Counted from the first letter of the stretch, positions 48,849 through 58,798 are shown. The stretch: DNA of 64,000 bases from Bdellovibrionales bacterium (GCA_005776395.1 SXPJ01000003.1:29227-93226), one strand, 5' to 3'. Notes: a model not told the origin generated them from the letters alone. Made by a program: numbers and translations.

Positions 48849-50269
48849 ACCGCCTGCCTCTCCTGAGCTTTGATATTTATAGATAGAATCGGTTCGACAC
48901 CAAAACCCAGAGGTAACTCATGATCAGTTTTGACCCATTTTACTGGCTCTTTACGCATTCGAGAGGTCACTGAGTGTAAAATCGCATTGAAACAGGCGAC
49001 TGAATTAACAAAAACAGAAAGAGGCCATCTGATGGGTAAAAGCCAAAGAGCACGAACCCCGTAGACTCTGAACACACAAGCGGATCGCTGTACCAGTCTA
49101 TTTAACATCAACAGGGAGTTGAACCCTAAGGCAGTTCCAATAAAAATCAATTCCGTTTTCGAGAGGGGCAATTGTTGCATGGAATGGTTCAAATAGAACA
49201 GTGCCATCAGCATGGCTGTAGGATATCCAATAAAGGCTAGTATATTGGTCGCAAGGCCTCGTCGATCTCGATACAGAAAATACCGATTAATAAACGAACC
49301 ACACCATCCTAAGTTTCTCCAGCCCTGAATGGATATCCCCGTGGTCCATCTCGTCTTTTGACGAATAGAACGCATAACCTTTTTTGGAAAATATTCTCTG
49401 GTTGCAATATAGTGAGGTCGATGACTCTGAGGATCTTGAAACCAATAACAGGCAAATGTCCCCTTGAATTTTAAAGCATGACTTCTGATCCCAAGTTCAT
49501 AATCCTCTGTGAGACTATCTTCGTAAAATACCCATCCCTGCTTTCTATACAAGGAATCAGCAAGTTTGGCTGAAAAGGCTGTTCCTACCCCAGCAGAAGG
49601 AATCGCTGCCCCAAGATAATCTCTAACTAGAAGATCTTTTGTATGAGACTCGGCAAACTCATCTACATAGGTACCGGCCACCAATTCATGGATGTTGACG
49701 TTTAAAGAAAAAACAGGAATCTGAATAAAATCGTACCTCTGTAACTTATAATTAATAAGTTGTAATGCCCAAGGATCGATCACATCTTCAGAGTCGTGGA
49801 GTAGATAGGCATCAATATCTAAGACTTCAGTAGAATCTCTGATTCCATTCAAAATCTGGTTGAGCATTTGCCCCTTGGAGGTTGGCCCAGGCTTATTATT
49901 AATGAGAGGAATAACCCTGGAATCACTCTGTGATACATTTTGAACAGCTTTAATAGTGCCTGAATCATTAGGATAGCAACCCACATAAAAGAGATAGTTA
50001 TCATATCTAATCTGGGTTAGGTTTCCATATAGCATCTGCCCTATGATCTCTCCCTCCTTCCATGCGGGAACTAAGATCGCTATTTTTTTTTGCGGAAGTT
50101 CAGTGAGTAAATGCAGTTCAGAATGTTTTATTTTCTTGGGTTTAAGCCCCTTAAACATAGCAAAGAGATCTAAAATTAGATCTTCCGTGCCTATAATAAC
50201 GTAGATAAAACACAGCCCCATTGCTAATCCAAAAACCAGTACCCATAAGAAGTCAGGGGAAGAACTCAT
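48845..50269 (-). CDS. NfrB-like synthase-type (processive) family 2 glycosyltransferase, truncated form lacking the C-terminal MshEN c-di-GMP-binding domain
   Basis: Motif-by-motif similarity to E. coli NfrB: ILVPAWKEGEIIG, YVGCYPNDSGT, KPGPTSKGQMLN, LLHDSEDVIDPWAL, IPSAGVGTAFS, SLTEDYELG, and the QxxRW motif in REYFPKK…RQKTRWTTGISIQGW. It has multiple TM helices and is 474 aa, against about 745 aa for NfrB. Confidence 0.8.
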   Translation of the reverse strand: MSSSPDFLWVLVFGLAMGLCFIYVIIGTEDLILDLFAMFKGLKPKKIKHSELHLLTELPQKKIAILVPAWKEGEIIGQMLYGNLTQIRYDNYLFYVGCYPNDSGTIKAVQNVSQSDSRVIPLINNKPGPTSKGQMLNQILNGIRDSTEVLDIDAYLLHDSEDVIDPWALQLINYKLQRYDFIQIPVFSLNVNIHELVAGTYVDEFAESHTKDLLVRDYLGAAIPSAGVGTAFSAKLADSLYRKQGWVFYEDSLTEDYELGIRSHALKFKGTFACYWFQDPQSHRPHYIATREYFPKKVMRSIRQKTRWTTGISIQGWRNLGWCGSFINRYFLYRDRRGLATNILAFIGYPTAMLMALFYLNHSMQQLPLSKTELIFIGTALGFNSLLMLNRLVQRSACVFRVYGVRALWLLPIRWPLSVFVNSVACFNAILHSVTSRMRKEPVKWVKTDHELPLGFGVEPILSINIKAQERQAV

Positions 50270-51054
50270 ATCTCCCCTCCAAACACTGCTAAAACTCGTA
50301 CTCCACCGGAACGATCTTTAAGGAAATCAACATTCATAATCTTTCCAGAAACCGGAATGACATAGGCCCCGGTAACTCCCACATACATCTTCTTAAAAAT
50401 ATATTGAGCTCGTAAAGTAGGTCGTAATTCTATTCTACGGTTATAAAATCTCCCCTTAGTGTCGGAGCTTGCAAAAGGTTCTAAATAGAGATCAAAGTTC
50501 CATGGCGAAAATCCTTTTTCTCTCAATCCTAATCTTGCCCAACCCGATATAACTGTATTGTTTTCATCAGCAGAGGTAAGAATTCCCTCCCCATAAACCT
50601 CTTGATAAGAACTCAAGTGTTTTAAAATCTCATAAAACCATTGGCTGTTATAAATCACTGAGGCCCTTAAATCCCTACTGCTTTGAAAATCCGCAGTCTT
50701 ATAAAATGTACGTTGGCGCCATTCTAATAGAGCTGTGAAATGGAAAAGACTCCAAGAGACTCCGGGGCCGTAGTAAAAATAGGAGGAGCCTTTGTCGAGC
50801 TGATGCTGTACATTCCCCCGAGTCATGACTTCACTACCCAACTGGATAAAGGGTTCAATAACCAGCTCTACCGGAAAGATATTGCGAAGCCGCAATGAGC
50901 TAATCAAAGAATTTTCCTGACTCAAAAATCCCTGTTCTGAATAGATCTGGGTTTTAGCCTGAGAGGGCTCTATCCAAAATAAAGAGAACATAAAAATCAC
51001 AAGTATGAAGAGTCTCTTTTTTGATCTTTGTTTCATCCTTAAAAACAATTGCAA
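50266..51054 (-). CDS. Predicted small outer-membrane beta-barrel protein, first gene of the NfrB-like operon
   Basis: Signal peptide (MKQRSKKRLFILVIFMFSLFWIEPSQA from the internal Met at 51036). The body has alternating hydrophobic residues and is rich in Y/W/G. Its stop overlaps the glycosyltransferase start. Confidence 0.45.
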   Translation of the reverse strand: MQLFLRMKQRSKKRLFILVIFMFSLFWIEPSQAKTQIYSEQGFLSQENSLISSLRLRNIFPVELVIEPFIQLGSEVMTRGNVQHQLDKGSSYFYYGPGVSWSLFHFTALLEWRQRTFYKTADFQSSRDLRASVIYNSQWFYEILKHLSSYQEVYGEGILTSADENNTVISGWARLGLREKGFSPWNFDLYLEPFASSDTKGRFYNRRIELRPTLRAQYIFKKMYVGVTGAYVIPVSGKIMNVDFLKDRSGGVRVLAVFGGEI

Positions 51055-51226
51055 AAATCGATACCAGTATCTTTGTGACTCAACTGAAAGATTTCTCAGT
51101 ATTTACCAGGAGAAAACACCTACTCTCTTGCAACACTCTTACGATCCGGTCTGATCTTTGTTGCAAATTTAAACGATATAATTAACCCAATTTACGCCGC
51201 TAATCCCTAATTTTATTTCTAGTATT

Positions 51227-51242
51227 TGGAACGGCTCTTGCT
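51227..51242 (+). promoter_or_regulatory. Sigma-54 (-24/-12) type promoter TGGAAC-N5-TTGCT upstream of the 51264 gene
   Basis: TGGAACGGCTCTTGCT has correct GG-N10-GC spacing. It lies about 25-55 nt upstream of the candidate start codons. Confidence 0.4.
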
Positions 51243-51263
51243 TGTCACAGCACTTGATTATTA

Positions 51264-52583
51264 ATGAACCCAATAATTGAAGGGAGAAAGCCGATGCTTT
51301 CACGATTGACTAAGGTTACCTTTGTTTTATTAAGTATGTGGGGCACGTTTAGCTCAGCGGCCAATATAAAAACGGCTGGAGTCACATTAACTGAACTGGG
51401 CACTTATCTTTATGATGCTACTCAAGGTTCCCAAATAAAAACAGAGGCTCAGAAAAGAGTAGATGAGCTCTATGAGATTGGAATAAGACATATCGTCCTT
51501 TCTCCAATAGCCCACATGTCCAATCCTCGGAAATCAGAAATCACTCCAAAAACACCGCCCACAGATCGCCCTAGTGAAAGAAAACGTTATTTGAGACTTA
51601 TTAATTATATCCATGGTAAGGGAATGACGGTAGGCCTTAGGCCAATCTTTCTAGTCGTAGATTCCCAGGGAAAAACACCCCACATTGAAACATTGCCCGA
51701 TGGAACAAAAAAACATTGGTGGCACGGAAATATTCAACCCGATTCTCCTAATGCCTGGTTTGAATCCTTTAAAACCTATTTGGATATTTATTTGCCCATT
51801 GCTCAAGTTGGAAAAGTAGAACAGTTCACCATGGGAGCTGAACTCTACTCCATGACGGTAGGTATCGAAGACCAATGGAAAGAGAAGCCTCACGGATTTC
51901 CAGGGCGATGGTTAGAATTACTTCGCTATATAAAAACCAAACTTCCCTCCACCACCCAGGTTATGTACGACATCAATTTTACTGATGATAAAATTTCAGG
52001 ATCCGCGGGTGGCCTTGGAGAATTTGGGGGAGAGTTTGCAAGATGGAGATATCGTCTTGTGGATCTAGCTAATCCTATTAAACCTGAAGAACTTGAGATC
52101 TGGAAAAATCTAGTCAACTTTTGGAAAGAGCTCGATGCTATAGGAATTGATATGTACCGATCTCTTGCGACCGAAGGGACTAAAATTTCACCAGATACTA
52201 ATGAGCTTATTAAAACTCTAAAAGAGACCACAGATCGTTTCGCAACTCAGATCGATAACGGACTTTTTGAAATTGAAAACGCTGTAGGCCAATCCAAATC
52301 AATTATCCTCAAAGAGATCGGTTTTCGAAGTGTTGAAAAATCTTTTATCGATCCCTTTCTCTATGTTGATGCAGATAGAGGAACGGTAAATCTACAACAT
52401 CAGTACGCCGCTTATGATGCCATCATGCAATCTTTCTGGAAATCTAACTGGGATTGGTTTGGAGGTATTGTATTCTGGGATATTTCGGTCGATCCTAATC
52501 TGCATGGGGAAAAAGATGCTGGCTTTAGTTTTCTCCGTAAAGAACCCACCGAAAAACTGTTAAAAACATATCTTCTTCCTTAA
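51264..52583 (+). CDS. Secreted protein, putative TIM-barrel glycoside hydrolase
   Basis: Signal peptide (MLSRLTKVTFVLLSMWGTFSSAA from the internal Met at 51294). There are candidate catalytic Glu in MGAELYS and in ILKEIGFRSVE. The assignment is weak and rests on pattern only. Confidence 0.35.
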   Translation: MNPIIEGRKPMLSRLTKVTFVLLSMWGTFSSAANIKTAGVTLTELGTYLYDATQGSQIKTEAQKRVDELYEIGIRHIVLSPIAHMSNPRKSEITPKTPPTDRPSERKRYLRLINYIHGKGMTVGLRPIFLVVDSQGKTPHIETLPDGTKKHWWHGNIQPDSPNAWFESFKTYLDIYLPIAQVGKVEQFTMGAELYSMTVGIEDQWKEKPHGFPGRWLELLRYIKTKLPSTTQVMYDINFTDDKISGSAGGLGEFGGEFARWRYRLVDLANPIKPEELEIWKNLVNFWKELDAIGIDMYRSLATEGTKISPDTNELIKTLKETTDRFATQIDNGLFEIENAVGQSKSIILKEIGFRSVEKSFIDPFLYVDADRGTVNLQHQYAAYDAIMQSFWKSNWDWFGGIVFWDISVDPNLHGEKDAGFSFLRKEPTEKLLKTYLLP

Positions 52584-52611
52584 AGAGATATTAGAAGAAG
52601 GCGCATTACCT

Positions 52612-53760
52612 ATGGAATCAAAAAAAAATGTAATGGTTATCTTTGGCACACGTCCCGAAGCCATTAAATTAGCCCCGGTACTAAAAGAGTTAGAAAAGAG
52701 TACATCCATGAAACCAGTCAGTGTAGCCACAGCTCAACACCGTGGTCTCATGGATCAAGTTCTCGATTTTTTTAACATACAACCCGATTTTGATTTAAAT
52801 TTAATGAAACCCAATCAGGATCTTTTCTATACGATGACAGAGTGTCTCAATCGAATTAAAGATCTCATTGCAGAAGTGCAACCCTCTCTACTCGTAGTTC
52901 AGGGTGACACGACTACGGCATTTACTGCCGCTTTAGCTGCATTCTATCACAAGACACCCGTAGCTCATGTTGAAGCAGGACTTCGCACCTACTATAAATA
53001 CTCGCCTTTCCCTGAGGAGATGAATCGAAGGCTTATTAGCCCTCTTGCCGAGCTTCACTTTGCTCCTACAAAAGCTGCGAAGTCCAATTTATTAAGAGAA
53101 GGGATCTCTGAAAACTCAATCTCAGTTACCGGGAATACCAGTATTGATGCTTTACTCTTGGGATGCACCCAAAAATTACACCCGCCAAGAAACCTTATTT
53201 TATCCGAAGAGGCGCCTTTGATTATTCTTACTCTACACAGAAGAGAAAATTTTGGGGCCCCTCTTACTGAAATATTTTCAGCGATCAAGAAATTCGCCAT
53301 TAAATATTCCCATGTACAAATCGTCTACCCCGTTCACCCAAATCCAAATGTAAAAGAGACTGCTCACTCTTTGCTCAAGAATATTCCTAACATCTCTTTA
53401 ATTGAACCTGTCGACTACAAAGAAATGCTTTATTTAATGAAACGCTCACAATTTATTCTGACCGACTCTGGCGGGATACAGGAGGAAGCTCCATCCCTTG
53501 GGAAACCAGTACTGGTTCTACGGGAATCCACAGAGCGGGCAGAGGCGGTTGAAGCAGGTTGTGCTTACTTAGTAGGCCATCATTCAGAACTTATCTTTCG
53601 AATGATGGAAACATTACTGGATAAGACTTCTCAGTTTTATCTGAATATGTCCTCTGCTAAGAATCCTTTTGGGGATGGAACAGCCTCACAAAAGATCATT
53701 AACCGAATTGAGCACTTTTTTAGAGGGGTTGAAAGGAACAAATTGCCTTGGGCTGCTTAA
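52612..53760 (+). CDS. wecB: UDP-N-acetylglucosamine 2-epimerase (non-hydrolysing)
   Basis: N-terminal VMVIFGTRPEAIKLAPV and the conserved His/Glu region (QGDTTTAF…HVEAGLRT), 382 aa. Confidence 0.85.
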   Translation: MESKKNVMVIFGTRPEAIKLAPVLKELEKSTSMKPVSVATAQHRGLMDQVLDFFNIQPDFDLNLMKPNQDLFYTMTECLNRIKDLIAEVQPSLLVVQGDTTTAFTAALAAFYHKTPVAHVEAGLRTYYKYSPFPEEMNRRLISPLAELHFAPTKAAKSNLLREGISENSISVTGNTSIDALLLGCTQKLHPPRNLILSEEAPLIILTLHRRENFGAPLTEIFSAIKKFAIKYSHVQIVYPVHPNPNVKETAHSLLKNIPNISLIEPVDYKEMLYLMKRSQFILTDSGGIQEEAPSLGKPVLVLRESTERAEAVEAGCAYLVGHHSELIFRMMETLLDKTSQFYLNMSSAKNPFGDGTASQKIINRIEHFFRGVERNKLPWAA

Positions 53761-53828
53761 AAAACAATAAAATAAAAAAGAATTATTAAGGCTTTAACCC
53801 TTAAGCAAATTGACGGGGTATACCCCCT

Positions 53829-54365
53829 ATGTTACTCCTCAAAAATATGAAGGCTTTACTTTTAATCGCAGTATTTTTTTCCCTTAATATTTTTTCAGAA
53901 GACACTATCCTAGGACTCTGTCAGGTCTCCTCTGTTATGGCAGGCAGGCAAAACACCTATATCTACCTTGAAAACTGTAACGGAAATCTAGGTTTTAAAG
54001 ACAAAACTATGGTGCTCCCTCATCACATCCATAAAAGTTTTGAAGAAATTATCGATAACATTATTAATATTAGGACCGTGGACACCACGCCAGATGTTTT
54101 GGGGCAGAAACAGACAGCGGAACTAGCTTATCTGCATCAGTTAAAATTAAGAGTTCAATTAAAATACTCAGATGATAACACCCCTGTCTATCTCTCTCTC
54201 GCAGAGTCTTTACCTCAACCAAAAGAAGTAGCTGCACCTCAGCCTCTTCAACCCAATCCCTCATCTTCGAACTGCAATCCCAGTCAACCCACAAATCCAG
54301 ATAAGGACTTTAAACCTGTCCCTCCTCCGCCAGGTGGTTTTCTAAGATTTTTTCATCTCAAGTAA
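53829..54365 (+). CDS. Secreted hypothetical protein with a Pro-rich C-terminus
   Basis: Signal peptide MKALLLIAVFFSLNIFS. The C-terminus is PQPKEVAAPQPLQPNPSSS…PVPPPPGG. Confidence 0.4.
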   Translation: MLLLKNMKALLLIAVFFSLNIFSEDTILGLCQVSSVMAGRQNTYIYLENCNGNLGFKDKTMVLPHHIHKSFEEIIDNIINIRTVDTTPDVLGQKQTAELAYLHQLKLRVQLKYSDDNTPVYLSLAESLPQPKEVAAPQPLQPNPSSSNCNPSQPTNPDKDFKPVPPPPGGFLRFFHLK

Positions 54366-54532
54366 CTAATTTGGAATCCTAGTAGTTTTTCTCCTGCCCC
54401 ACCAAATCTTCACGATTTTAAAGGGTTACCACTTTAATTGGGTACCCTTAATAACCACGCCCCCCTATGCTCTATTGATCTTTATCTAAAAAAAAGGCTA
54501 TAACTCCGCTCGCTTTTTAGTCCGGGGGATAA

Positions 54533-55729
54533 ATGAACAAAGTTCTTAATATATTTAGTTTCAATCTCTTTCTTTTTGTTTTTACGATTTTATTGTCTGC
54601 CTGCCAAAACACCCCCCCTCTTGGAATGCTAAAAAAGAAAGATCAGGTTCTGTTTAAATCCTCCCCAATTACAATGCCCGAACCTAATCACTACCAAGTG
54701 CACTTAAGATGGGCTCCAATCGTTATAAAAGATACTCGAGGAGAAAATAAAACTTGGATGCTTTATAGAGCAATGGATTCACAACCCCTAGCCCCCTACA
54801 TGACCTTAAAACCCGAACAGACTGAAATTATCGACCCTGAAGTAGAGGCCGGAGCCACTTATACCTATTTATTGGGATTCTTAACGGGGGCAGAACTCAC
54901 AGGAAAAGAGAGCATCAAAGTCACAGTGCCTAAAGATCTCGTAGTTACTAAACTAATTAGGGCCAATACGCTTACTGAATATCGCCGAATCTTTATCGAA
55001 AAAGCTGGAATTATCGAAACAATGGGAGAGAGGCTCGAATTAATTGCGGATGAGCTCCATTCCGACTCAGGCACTATTCAAACCTACGGAAACGAAAATC
55101 TTGCTCCCCAGGGTTTCAATGGTCGAACCCCAGAAATCTTGGTTATCCAGGTAAAAAGAGCCTTTGGAAACTTAAATATCCAAGCTATAGGACAAACCGG
55201 GGGGAAGGGATTACCTGGTGATAAAGGGGCCAAAGGAGCCCCTGGAAGAAACGGGGAGCGAGCCGTTTCTACTGTAATGCGTTTTTCATCTAGGGATGGG
55301 GGAAGTACAGAATCTAACCCTATATGTGGTGACCTTGATAAAGCCGTAGGAAAGACAGGACACCAAGGAGGAGTGGGTAGGCAGGGCGGAATCGGTGCTA
55401 CTGGTGGAAATTCCCCTCGAGTTTATGTACGGATTGAACAAGTTTCCGAAATCGATATAAAAGTAGATAAAATTATAGGAAAGGGAGGAGAAGGTGGGGA
55501 TGGAGGCCCCGGAGGAGATGGAGGGGAAGGTGGCGAAAAGGGAATTGAGGATATCCATGGGGCTTGCAGGGCTCCTCGTAAAGGCGACACCGGCCCCAAT
55601 GGACCCCAAGGCCCAAAAGGCAATCCTGGAATGGGGGGACTCAATAATTCCCCAAGTTGCATCAAAATATCTAATAAAGAAGAAGGGGCCTGCAGCCTAT
55701 TTCTTGAAAAAAATGGGTTTGTTCTTTAG
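54533..55729 (+). CDS. Lipoprotein with collagen-like Gly-X-Y repeats
   Basis: Lipobox LLSAC. There are Gly-X-Y runs GKGLPGDKGAKGAPGRNGE, GHQGGVGRQGGIGATGG and GDTGPNGPQGPKGNPGMGG, and a Gly/Asp/Glu-rich block GGEGGDGGPGGDGGEGGEKG. Confidence 0.55.
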   Translation: MNKVLNIFSFNLFLFVFTILLSACQNTPPLGMLKKKDQVLFKSSPITMPEPNHYQVHLRWAPIVIKDTRGENKTWMLYRAMDSQPLAPYMTLKPEQTEIIDPEVEAGATYTYLLGFLTGAELTGKESIKVTVPKDLVVTKLIRANTLTEYRRIFIEKAGIIETMGERLELIADELHSDSGTIQTYGNENLAPQGFNGRTPEILVIQVKRAFGNLNIQAIGQTGGKGLPGDKGAKGAPGRNGERAVSTVMRFSSRDGGSTESNPICGDLDKAVGKTGHQGGVGRQGGIGATGGNSPRVYVRIEQVSEIDIKVDKIIGKGGEGGDGGPGGDGGEGGEKGIEDIHGACRAPRKGDTGPNGPQGPKGNPGMGGLNNSPSCIKISNKEEGACSLFLEKNGFVL

Positions 55730-55839
55730 CGATAGTGGCCACTAGACAATTTGGAAATAACTGATTAAGGTCTAGGACTTAATTGACAGCAATGGTCAGC
55801 TGATATCATTTCAACTAATCACTGCTGTGATCTCATTAT

Positions 55840-55912
55840 GGCTGGGTAGCTCAGTCGGTAGAGCAAGGGAATCATAATCCTTTGGTCGGGGGTTCAAATC
55901 CCTCCCCAGCTA
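55840..55912 (+). tRNA. tRNA with CAU anticodon (elongator Met, or Ile2 if lysidinylated)
   Basis: A cloverleaf was built by hand: acceptor GGCTGGG/CCCAGCT (G1-U72), D-arm GCTC/GAGC, anticodon stem AGGGA/TCCTT with loop ATCATAA, T-arm GGGGG-TTCAAAT-CCCTC, discriminator A, and no encoded CCA. Only 2 G-C pairs at the base of the anticodon stem argue against initiator identity. tilS is present in the window. A T-run follows the gene. Confidence 0.8.
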
Positions 55913-55924
55913 GTTTTTTCGGCT

Positions 55925-56938
55925 CTACTTTTTATGGAATTCAATAATGGTAATCTTTCCCTCAGGAGAATTGAGAAATCGGTAAGCAGTTTTGAGCTGC
56001 TCTTCGACATCGGCCGGACTGTTTCCTTTATTCCACTCGGTCTTAAAACTTTGCCCGAGTTCTTTTTCCAGTGTCCTCAACAAAACTATATTTTGTCGAC
56101 TTTTCCAATTTTTCACTAAGGAGGCGGTAAGTCGATTCGGACCCTCCTCGTCCATCTGCCAAAAAGAACCAGCCCCATAAAGTTCACCGTTAGGTTTGAT
56201 TTCAAAGTCATAGCTAGAGATTTCGGAATGAGGTTTTACAGAAAGGGCTTGGCTAACAGGATGAAAAAAATGTGAGTCCACTAAATCGCGAACTGCTATG
56301 CAACCCATAGGACTCCCATCTTTATTGAGCTCTATCAAAAAATTCTGTGCATTGGGTGTTGCCATCTGAATTCCATAACGGAGTATGAGTTTTGCCTTCG
56401 CACGCCCTAAGGCCTCCGCATAATTCGTCGCCTAGAATTTTTTAAAATCTTGGCCCCTGGGAACGAAATGATTACCAACAAAGGGAAGGCTGAAGGCGGG
56501 TAGGTACCGCTTCCCAGATTCCAACAAGGGAGTAAGATCTCGCACAATATAGCCATTACCACTTGTGTTGTATGGATGTCGGGGCCATCGCACTTTATTC
56601 CCAGGTAAAAAGAATCCAAGGAGCCCTGGAGACACTCCATCCGCTTTTTCCAGCGTTATTTCCTGTTGCCCCAATAAAACAACATCGATATTTACTGGAG
56701 CGATACTTTCACGATGGATTTTTAGATTTGCTATTAACTCCAATGCAATAGTTTCATCGAGCGCATCTTTGGATCGGGCTACAGGGCATTTAGCCGAGGA
56801 AACTCCATTCGAAACCTACTCAAGAGCCGTTCCACAACCCACTTTCTTTTTGGCGGCGAAAGCAGGAAAAACAATAGAAGAAACTAAAATTGCAACAGCA
56901 AAGTTACTTCTAAGTATCTTTGTGTTGTGTGGCACCAT
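55925..56938 (-). pseudogene. Disrupted secreted-protein gene, with an N-terminal signal peptide, an in-frame TAG at 56816-56818 and a frameshift near 56366-56431
   Basis: Hand translation from the ATG at 56938 gives MVPHNTKILRSNFAVAILVSSIVFPAFAAKKK…ALE then TAG. The same frame continues into the track ORF 56432..56743. The 55925..56365 ORF is in another frame. The gene lies immediately after tRNA-Met. Confidence 0.35.
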
Positions 56939-56940
56939 AC

Positions 56941-57378
56941 CTATCTCGTTGTCTCCGGCACAGTCATAAACTCAAAACTCACCCAATTCTTAATACGCTG
57001 AAAATCCGAAACATTCTCCGTAATCAACATCGCGTTATTTTCCTTCGCACTGAGTGCAATGAGAATATCCCACGTAAGTCGCCGGCGTGGTTTTGGTTCA
57101 AAGCGATGTTTTTTCTGCATTTGCGACATTAACTGGCCTGCTACTACAAACTGGTCATCTTGCATTCCAATTAGAGGAAATGATTTTTGGTGTTGGCGCA
57201 AAATATTTTCTTCGATACTTGTTTTTGCTCCTGCCCAGAGTTCCATTAGGATTATCTTATTCATAGTGTAGAGAAAGCCGCCACGTAGTAACGGTTCAAG
57301 TCGTTTTTGGTAGACTGGATCTCTAAGTAAATTAATGTAAACGTTAGAGTCAAAAAATAGGAGTTCAGCTTTCTTCAT
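56941..57378 (-). CDS. vapC: PIN-domain toxin VapC
   Basis: LLFFDSNVYINLL carries the first acidic residue and LITENVSDF is a distal acidic motif. It is about 145 aa from the internal Met MKKAELL. Its start overlaps the antitoxin gene end. Confidence 0.65.
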   Translation of the reverse strand: MKKAELLFFDSNVYINLLRDPVYQKRLEPLLRGGFLYTMNKIILMELWAGAKTSIEENILRQHQKSFPLIGMQDDQFVVAGQLMSQMQKKHRFEPKPRRRLTWDILIALSAKENNAMLITENVSDFQRIKNWVSFEFMTVPETTR

Positions 57379-57559
57379 CGAAGCCTTCCCATTTGCTTTT
57401 TCCCGTTGTTTTACGAAAAAGATCAATTGCCTGACGATTATTAATGAGATTCGTCAACGCTTTTTCGACTGTTGCTGTAGTCTCATCTTCGCCAAGTACT
57501 TTTTTGGCCTGTTCGAGAATTTCTTTATCCAATCGCATATTCACGCTTTGTTTAGCCAT
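57365..57559 (-). CDS. vapB: VapB-type antitoxin
   Basis: MAKQSVNMRLDKEILEQAKK has the MRxxLDxELL pattern of VapB-like antitoxins, 64 aa from the ATG at 57559. The track ORF begins at an upstream GTG. Confidence 0.6.
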   Translation of the reverse strand: MAKQSVNMRLDKEILEQAKKVLGEDETTATVEKALTNLINNRQAIDLFRKTTGKSKWEGFDEES

Positions 57560-57696
57560 AAGCCACCTCTGTGTATATACATTATACGTAACCGTAAATA
57601 CAAAATCAATCCTCTTAATTCCAAGTTGCCTAAAGAGGAACACTCATGAGTTTATGTATTCACCTTCCCAATAATCTCAGATAGATATACAGATCT

Positions 57697-57727
57697 TGGC
57701 CCGGGGTTCGTTGGTCTCCCCAGCTAT
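57697..57727 (+). repeat. Degenerate direct copy of the 3' end of tRNA-Met (GGCCCGGGGTTCGTTGGTCTCCCCAGCTA), a candidate att-site remnant
   Basis: It aligns with tRNA positions 55884-55912. The last 11 nt CTCCCCAGCTA are identical and the GGGGTTC block is shared. The mismatches cluster in the T-loop. Confidence 0.4.
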
Positions 57728-57849
57728 ATGTTACCCATTGTTTAAGATAAGACTCTCCCCCTCAAACAATTCCCAAGGTTGGAATGCGAGTAATAAAATT
57801 GGCAGCGCGCAAGACTGTCGGACTCTCTGATAACGCAAACACATGCGTT

Positions 57850-58395
57850 TTAGGAAAACGCTAAACAAGAGCTTGAGCGGCTTTTAGCGTATCGGCTATC
57901 AATGAGCTTTTGCAATTGAGACACCGGCAAGGACCCCCGCTTAGAAAAATCCGTAAGTGGCTTTCGGTTTAGTTCAGCAACCGTCATAGGCAACAATTCA
58001 ATATTATAAATTCGCCCAGTTAAAGATTCACGAATGGCTTTTCGGCTGGTGAAACGGACACTGCCAGTCAAAAGAAACTGGCCCGGGCACTTTGATTTCT
58101 GAACAACCAACTTCAACGCCGAAAAAAGTGCCGGTGCTTTTTACCATTCATCAATCGCTCCAAGGCCTTTGAATGAGGCCAAGAAACTCTGGGGTGATTG
58201 CGAAGCAGCTAATAGATTTGTATCGTCATCAAGTGTTGCATATTGTTTATTCGAGAGATCTTCAACTAGCGTTGTTTTACCCGTTTGTCGCATCCCTAGG
58301 ATTCCAACGACAGGAGAAAAGGCAACAGCATCTTTTACATGAACCCCTGCAAATCTATGCCTTAAATGAGCCATTAACCCCATGACATCACACAT
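57850..58395 (-). pseudogene. Fragmented AAA+ ATPase (COG1373/DUF4143 family) remnant
   Basis: Two adjacent out-of-frame ORFs: 58141..58395 carries the P-loop GMRQTGKTTL and 57850..58116 carries QFLLTGSVRF…ELLPMTVAEL. Together they cover under half of a typical ~400 aa family member. Confidence 0.5.
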
Positions 58396-58798
58396 GGAAA
58401 AAACAGCAATAGCACATAGGAAAAATCATTAATACACTTTAGGAAATTACTTAATCAACATTGTTTTATGAACGAAATTTCAATGTAAGGAGCAAATAGG
58501 CTATCGAGTTAAGGATTACATGTCCTTGGAGGGAGTATATCGATTTGGGCTAGGAAATTCCTTTGAATTAAGCAACAGTTCTCCGTGAATAAATTTTGAG
58601 GCTAATTGAAGAGCACTAGAAAAACCTTTTCGCAAAGTCTCGGTGTGCCATTAGGGTAATTTTATGAGGATTCATATTCAAAATCTTGAATAACTCCTCT
58701 TTTTACCATGCGCTATGGCTCACCGAGAATCGTTGATTACTTTCCTAATCTCTTCAATAATAAAAAACTAATTTTTCTTATTCACACTTTACAGACCA

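Noticed and set aside
55286-55665. Minus-strand ORFs opposite the collagen-like repeats
   Set aside because: The reverse complement of GGN/CCN-rich Gly-Pro codons gives Pro/Ser/Gly-rich artefactual frames.
56563-56969. Plus-strand ORFs (56563..56751 and 56565..56969) opposite the disrupted secreted-protein gene
   Set aside because: They are antisense to a frame that has a convincing signal peptide, have no start context, and are probably spurious.
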